This document shows positions 29,494 through 32,000 of a stretch of DNA of 32,000 nt, piece after piece. This stretch comes from Candidatus Saccharimonadota bacterium (GTDB lineage: Bacteria > Patescibacteriota > Gracilibacteria > Absconditabacterales > Absconditicoccaceae): NCBI GenBank assembly GCA_965231145.1, contig OZ246420.1:60001-92000 (forward strand), read 5' to 3'. Below the pieces are notes generated by a model, which was given only the letters and a program-made list of their open reading frames with translations, was not told the origin of the DNA and ran no database searches. A program made the translations under genes and the position numbers. Position 1 is the first letter of the stretch. Each line of letters opens with the position of its first letter.

Positions 29494-29545
29494 CTTAAAA
29501 CCTAAAACTTAAATCAGTTTTGAGGTTTTAGTTTTAGGTTAGTTT
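29494..29545. repeat. Word-palindrome element, family 4, copy J (rplJ-rplL spacer)
   Basis: cttaaaacctaaaacttaaa / agttttgaggttttagttttagg forms an imperfect hairpin. Confidence 0.65.
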
Positions 29546-29546
29546 G

Positions 29547-30059
29547 TTAGTTCGTTTCTTTCTTCGCAATAGCGTCGAGAGTTCCAACGAGTTTCTGTAC
29601 TGGATGCTTGAGAAGGAAAAGGAGTTTTCCAACAAGCTCTTCTTTTGAAGGAAGAGTAGCAAGTGCGCTTACATAAGCAGCATCTTTCCACTGTTTGTCG
29701 AACCATCCACCTACGTATTCAAATCCGTACTTCTTTTCAGCCTTTTTAAGAGATTTGATGTACTTTTGTACTTCCTTGAGAGGAGCGAACTCATCTGTCG
29801 TCGAATAGAGTACCACTATAGCACCATCGAGGTCCTTGTGTTCCACCATTTCATACCCTGCATCTGCAAGAGATCTAAGGAAGAGTCTCTTTCTTACGAT
29901 GTTGAGCTTGCCTCCGACATTGTCGAGAGAGATTCTCAATCCGTTAGACTCATTTACTGGGATCCCAGACTGTTTGAGGATAATGACGTTTGTGGCAGAT
30001 GAGAGATCTGTTCCATATCCCTTGATGAGGCTTTTCTTTTGGTCTTTTGAAATTGCCAT
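29547..30059 (-). CDS. rplJ: 50S ribosomal protein L10
   Basis: Start ATG 30059 (MAISKDQKKSLIKGY...), 170 aa, immediately upstream of rplL. The track ORF begins 26 codons earlier at a less plausible start. Confidence 0.85.
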   Translation of the reverse strand: MAISKDQKKSLIKGYGTDLSSATNVIILKQSGIPVNESNGLRISLDNVGGKLNIVRKRLFLRSLADAGYEMVEHKDLDGAIVVLYSTTDEFAPLKEVQKYIKSLKKAEKKYGFEYVGGWFDKQWKDAAYVSALATLPSKEELVGKLLFLLKHPVQKLVGTLDAIAKKETN

Positions 30060-30250
30060 CGTGTGCCCGTCATAATATAAAATAAAAAAATGTCCCTGAG
30101 GAGAGGAACAAGGCATACAAAAAACATTGCAGTGCAATCTTATCTGTAGCCAATTACCTCGGTAGGAGATTGCTCATTAAATCAGCTAGAACGCTGATAC
30201 CTACTGTCTTTGTATAATTGGTAACGATTCGTATTGCTCGAATCACAGAT

Positions 30251-30278
30251 ACTATACTAATTCACTATCTAAATACAA
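30251..30278 (-). promoter_or_regulatory. Possible promoter TTGTAT-16-TATAGT for rplJ-rplL
   Basis: Read on the minus strand, the -35 is at 30278..30273 and the -10 at 30256..30251. This would give a leader of roughly 185 nt. Confidence 0.3.
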
Positions 30279-30296
30279 GAGAAAAAAGACACAAAC

Positions 30297-30347
30297 ACTA
30301 GACAGAGATATAGGTCTTGCCTTGGTCTCTATCTAGAATCTCTGTTT
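30297..30347. repeat. Word-palindrome element, family 6, copy N (inverted)
   Basis: ctagacagaga pairs with tctctatctag (10 of 11). It lies directly 3' of the VirB6-like gene stop. Confidence 0.65.
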
Positions 30348-30348
30348 A

Positions 30349-32000
30349 TTAGCCGGGCTTTTTGGTTTGTAAAAATGGGGTGGTTGTGAGTATGTCGCTC
30401 GTTTTTAACTGCTTTGCGACGAACTCGTTTACTATGGTTGGAGAGATCGACGTTCATTTTTGTACATCGCTATTTACCGCATATGCCATAAATTTACGCA
30501 TTTTTGAGCCAATATCGTTGGTCGCTCAGAGTAGGTTGTTCTTGTTGGCATCAAATTCCTCTTGGGAAATACCAGTTCCTGCAAGTACGAACTCTTTGAA
30601 TTCTTTGCTTTGATTCACGATTGTGCTAAATGAGTCTCTAAAATTCTTACTTTGGGCTGAGATGTTTTTCTGCGAGACTATTTCTCTTATGGTCTGCAGT
30701 ATCTGATTTACTCAGCCAGTCGAAGACTGTAGTAGTTTACTTTGTTCCGTGCGAGAGATGTCATTGTTTGATTCTTCCGATATGTTAAAGAGGTTTTTTG
30801 TGCTCTTCCCAATATCGGTCTTGTAAAAAGATGTTGTTAATCTATTTGTTTGTTCGTCTATTTTGCTATTTGCATATGCTCCGCTGCTGAGAGAACTGAC
30901 AGCATCATTTTTCGTTTTAGTGAGTGATGCAAGCGATGTCAACCCTGTGCCCATAGGTATAATGTTTGAGTTTGCAACGAGTTTCTCAGAAAAAGCGAAG
31001 ACGCTCGTCGCTGCGCTTTTCGTAAATGTCGAGAATGATGCTCCTATCTTGAGGAGCGACCATATGAGTACGACACTGAACCCTGTCACGATAAGATATC
31101 CAATCATACCACCGACAAAGTTACCCATCTCCTTAAACAGGTTTCCATCTATTGTTATCTCTGTTCCTGTTGCCTTATCTTTCAGTGTGGATGTCTTATC
31201 TTTTGAGCTTATTTCAATTTGTTCGATCTGTTTGTTGAATTCGCTTCCTGACTTCTGATCTCCTGGATCTCCGCCGAGTACATAGTAGATACCGATACTT
31301 AATATCATGGCGAGAGAGACAGCGCCTATCATGGCGACTGGCTGAAAAATAAGCGCTAACACATCGCTGAATTTTCAAAATCATATGCTCGTCTTTGCAT
31401 CGCCAAGTTTTTTAATAAATCCAGGTGTCATTTTATCATCAAACGATCGAGCAATCGCCGCAAGCGGCGCGAATGCTATCCGCATTCGTAATCTGAACAT
31501 CCTGATGAAGTTAATAACGATGAGTGCGAACATGGGTACGGTGAACGCGATCAATAGAAACAATTTGATGAAGAGGCCGATGGTGAAGTTTTTCCAGTTT
31601 GATATATCCTGGTTCATGATATCGTAGTCCTGAAACCTGAAAATAGCAGCTCCCATAAAGAGCAGTGGTCCGCTCATGTCATTGAATTTCCCAAACATTT
31701 CTTCGATAGTCTGGCTTCATTCGTGGGTGCTAAAGAGTGGTGCATTTTCTTTGAAACTGACATCTATTCTGACAGGGACAGTGACAGCGAGCTGCATCAT
31801 TTTACTTTTGCTCATGTCTTCCGTCGAGCCTTGGATGAACTGCGTAGGGAAAGCGCCGACTGCTGCAGTAGCGACATTTGAGAGGTCGATGAGTGCTCCC
31901 ATGAGAAACCAACTCATCTGGATCAGCACGCCTGCGAGAAGGTATCTTGGAAGTATCTTTTGTATTTCAAAGGCATCTTTGGTGAAAAATGATTTGAGAA
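30349..32000 (-). CDS. Large polytopic membrane protein, possibly VirB6/TrbL-like (5' end outside window)
   Basis: Track ORFs 31717, 31381 and 30712 share one frame. They join through TGA 31717, 31381, 31375, 30712, 30526 and 30454 to TAA 30349..30351, and the frame is open to the window edge. At least five long hydrophobic helices are followed by a Ser/Thr/Asn-rich soluble tail. The VirB6/TrbL assignment rests on architecture only. Confidence 0.4.

Overview
This is 32 kb of chromosomal DNA from an AT-rich bacterium that reads TGA as glycine (translation table 25). All translation and comparison was done by eye; no searches were run.

In the supplied standard-code ORF track, rpoB, rpoC, recA, gltX, murB, murC, secF, rpmA and other genes appear fragmented. 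The pieces of each gene share one frame, and the separating TGA codons fall on invariant Gly residues: RpoC GRSVITV-G-P, RpoB SL-G-PGGL, the MurC P-loop GTH-G-KST, M15 peptidase SEHQL-G-LAADL and L27 YR-G-VKIFGG. This points to a Gracilibacteria or Absconditabacteria (SR1) type Patescibacteria (CPR) genome.

Re-joined under table 25, I call 34 CDS:
- Left part, + strand: three TrbC/VirB2-like pilin paralogs, tsaB, a Nudix hydrolase, gltX, a stand-alone VirB4 N-terminal-domain ORF and an M15 D-Ala-D-Ala carboxypeptidase.
- Middle: murB(-), recA(+), murC(-), secF(-), rnc(-), nusB(-), and a tandem array of four small 4-TM membrane-protein cassettes (+). Each cassette has its own near-consensus promoter and terminator.
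- Right part, - strand: a super-cluster rplJ-rplL-rpsB-(membrane ORF)-tsf-rpsF::rpsR fusion-rpmH-rpoB-rpoC-rpmA-rpmF. It is preceded by a large VirB6/TrbL-like polytopic membrane protein that runs off the right edge.

I recognised no rRNA, tRNA, CRISPR, transposase or integrase.

Most interesting observations:
- A dispersed type IV secretion/pilus-like gene set that includes an orphan VirB4 N-terminal domain.
- Several families of dispersed intergenic 'word-palindrome' repeats. Two cases reach into coding sequence: one in-frame inside gltX and one over the rnc 3' end.
- A single-ORF S6-S18 ribosomal protein fusion.
- The self-contained membrane-protein cassette array.
- Strongly gene-dependent use of the recoded TGA-Gly codon.
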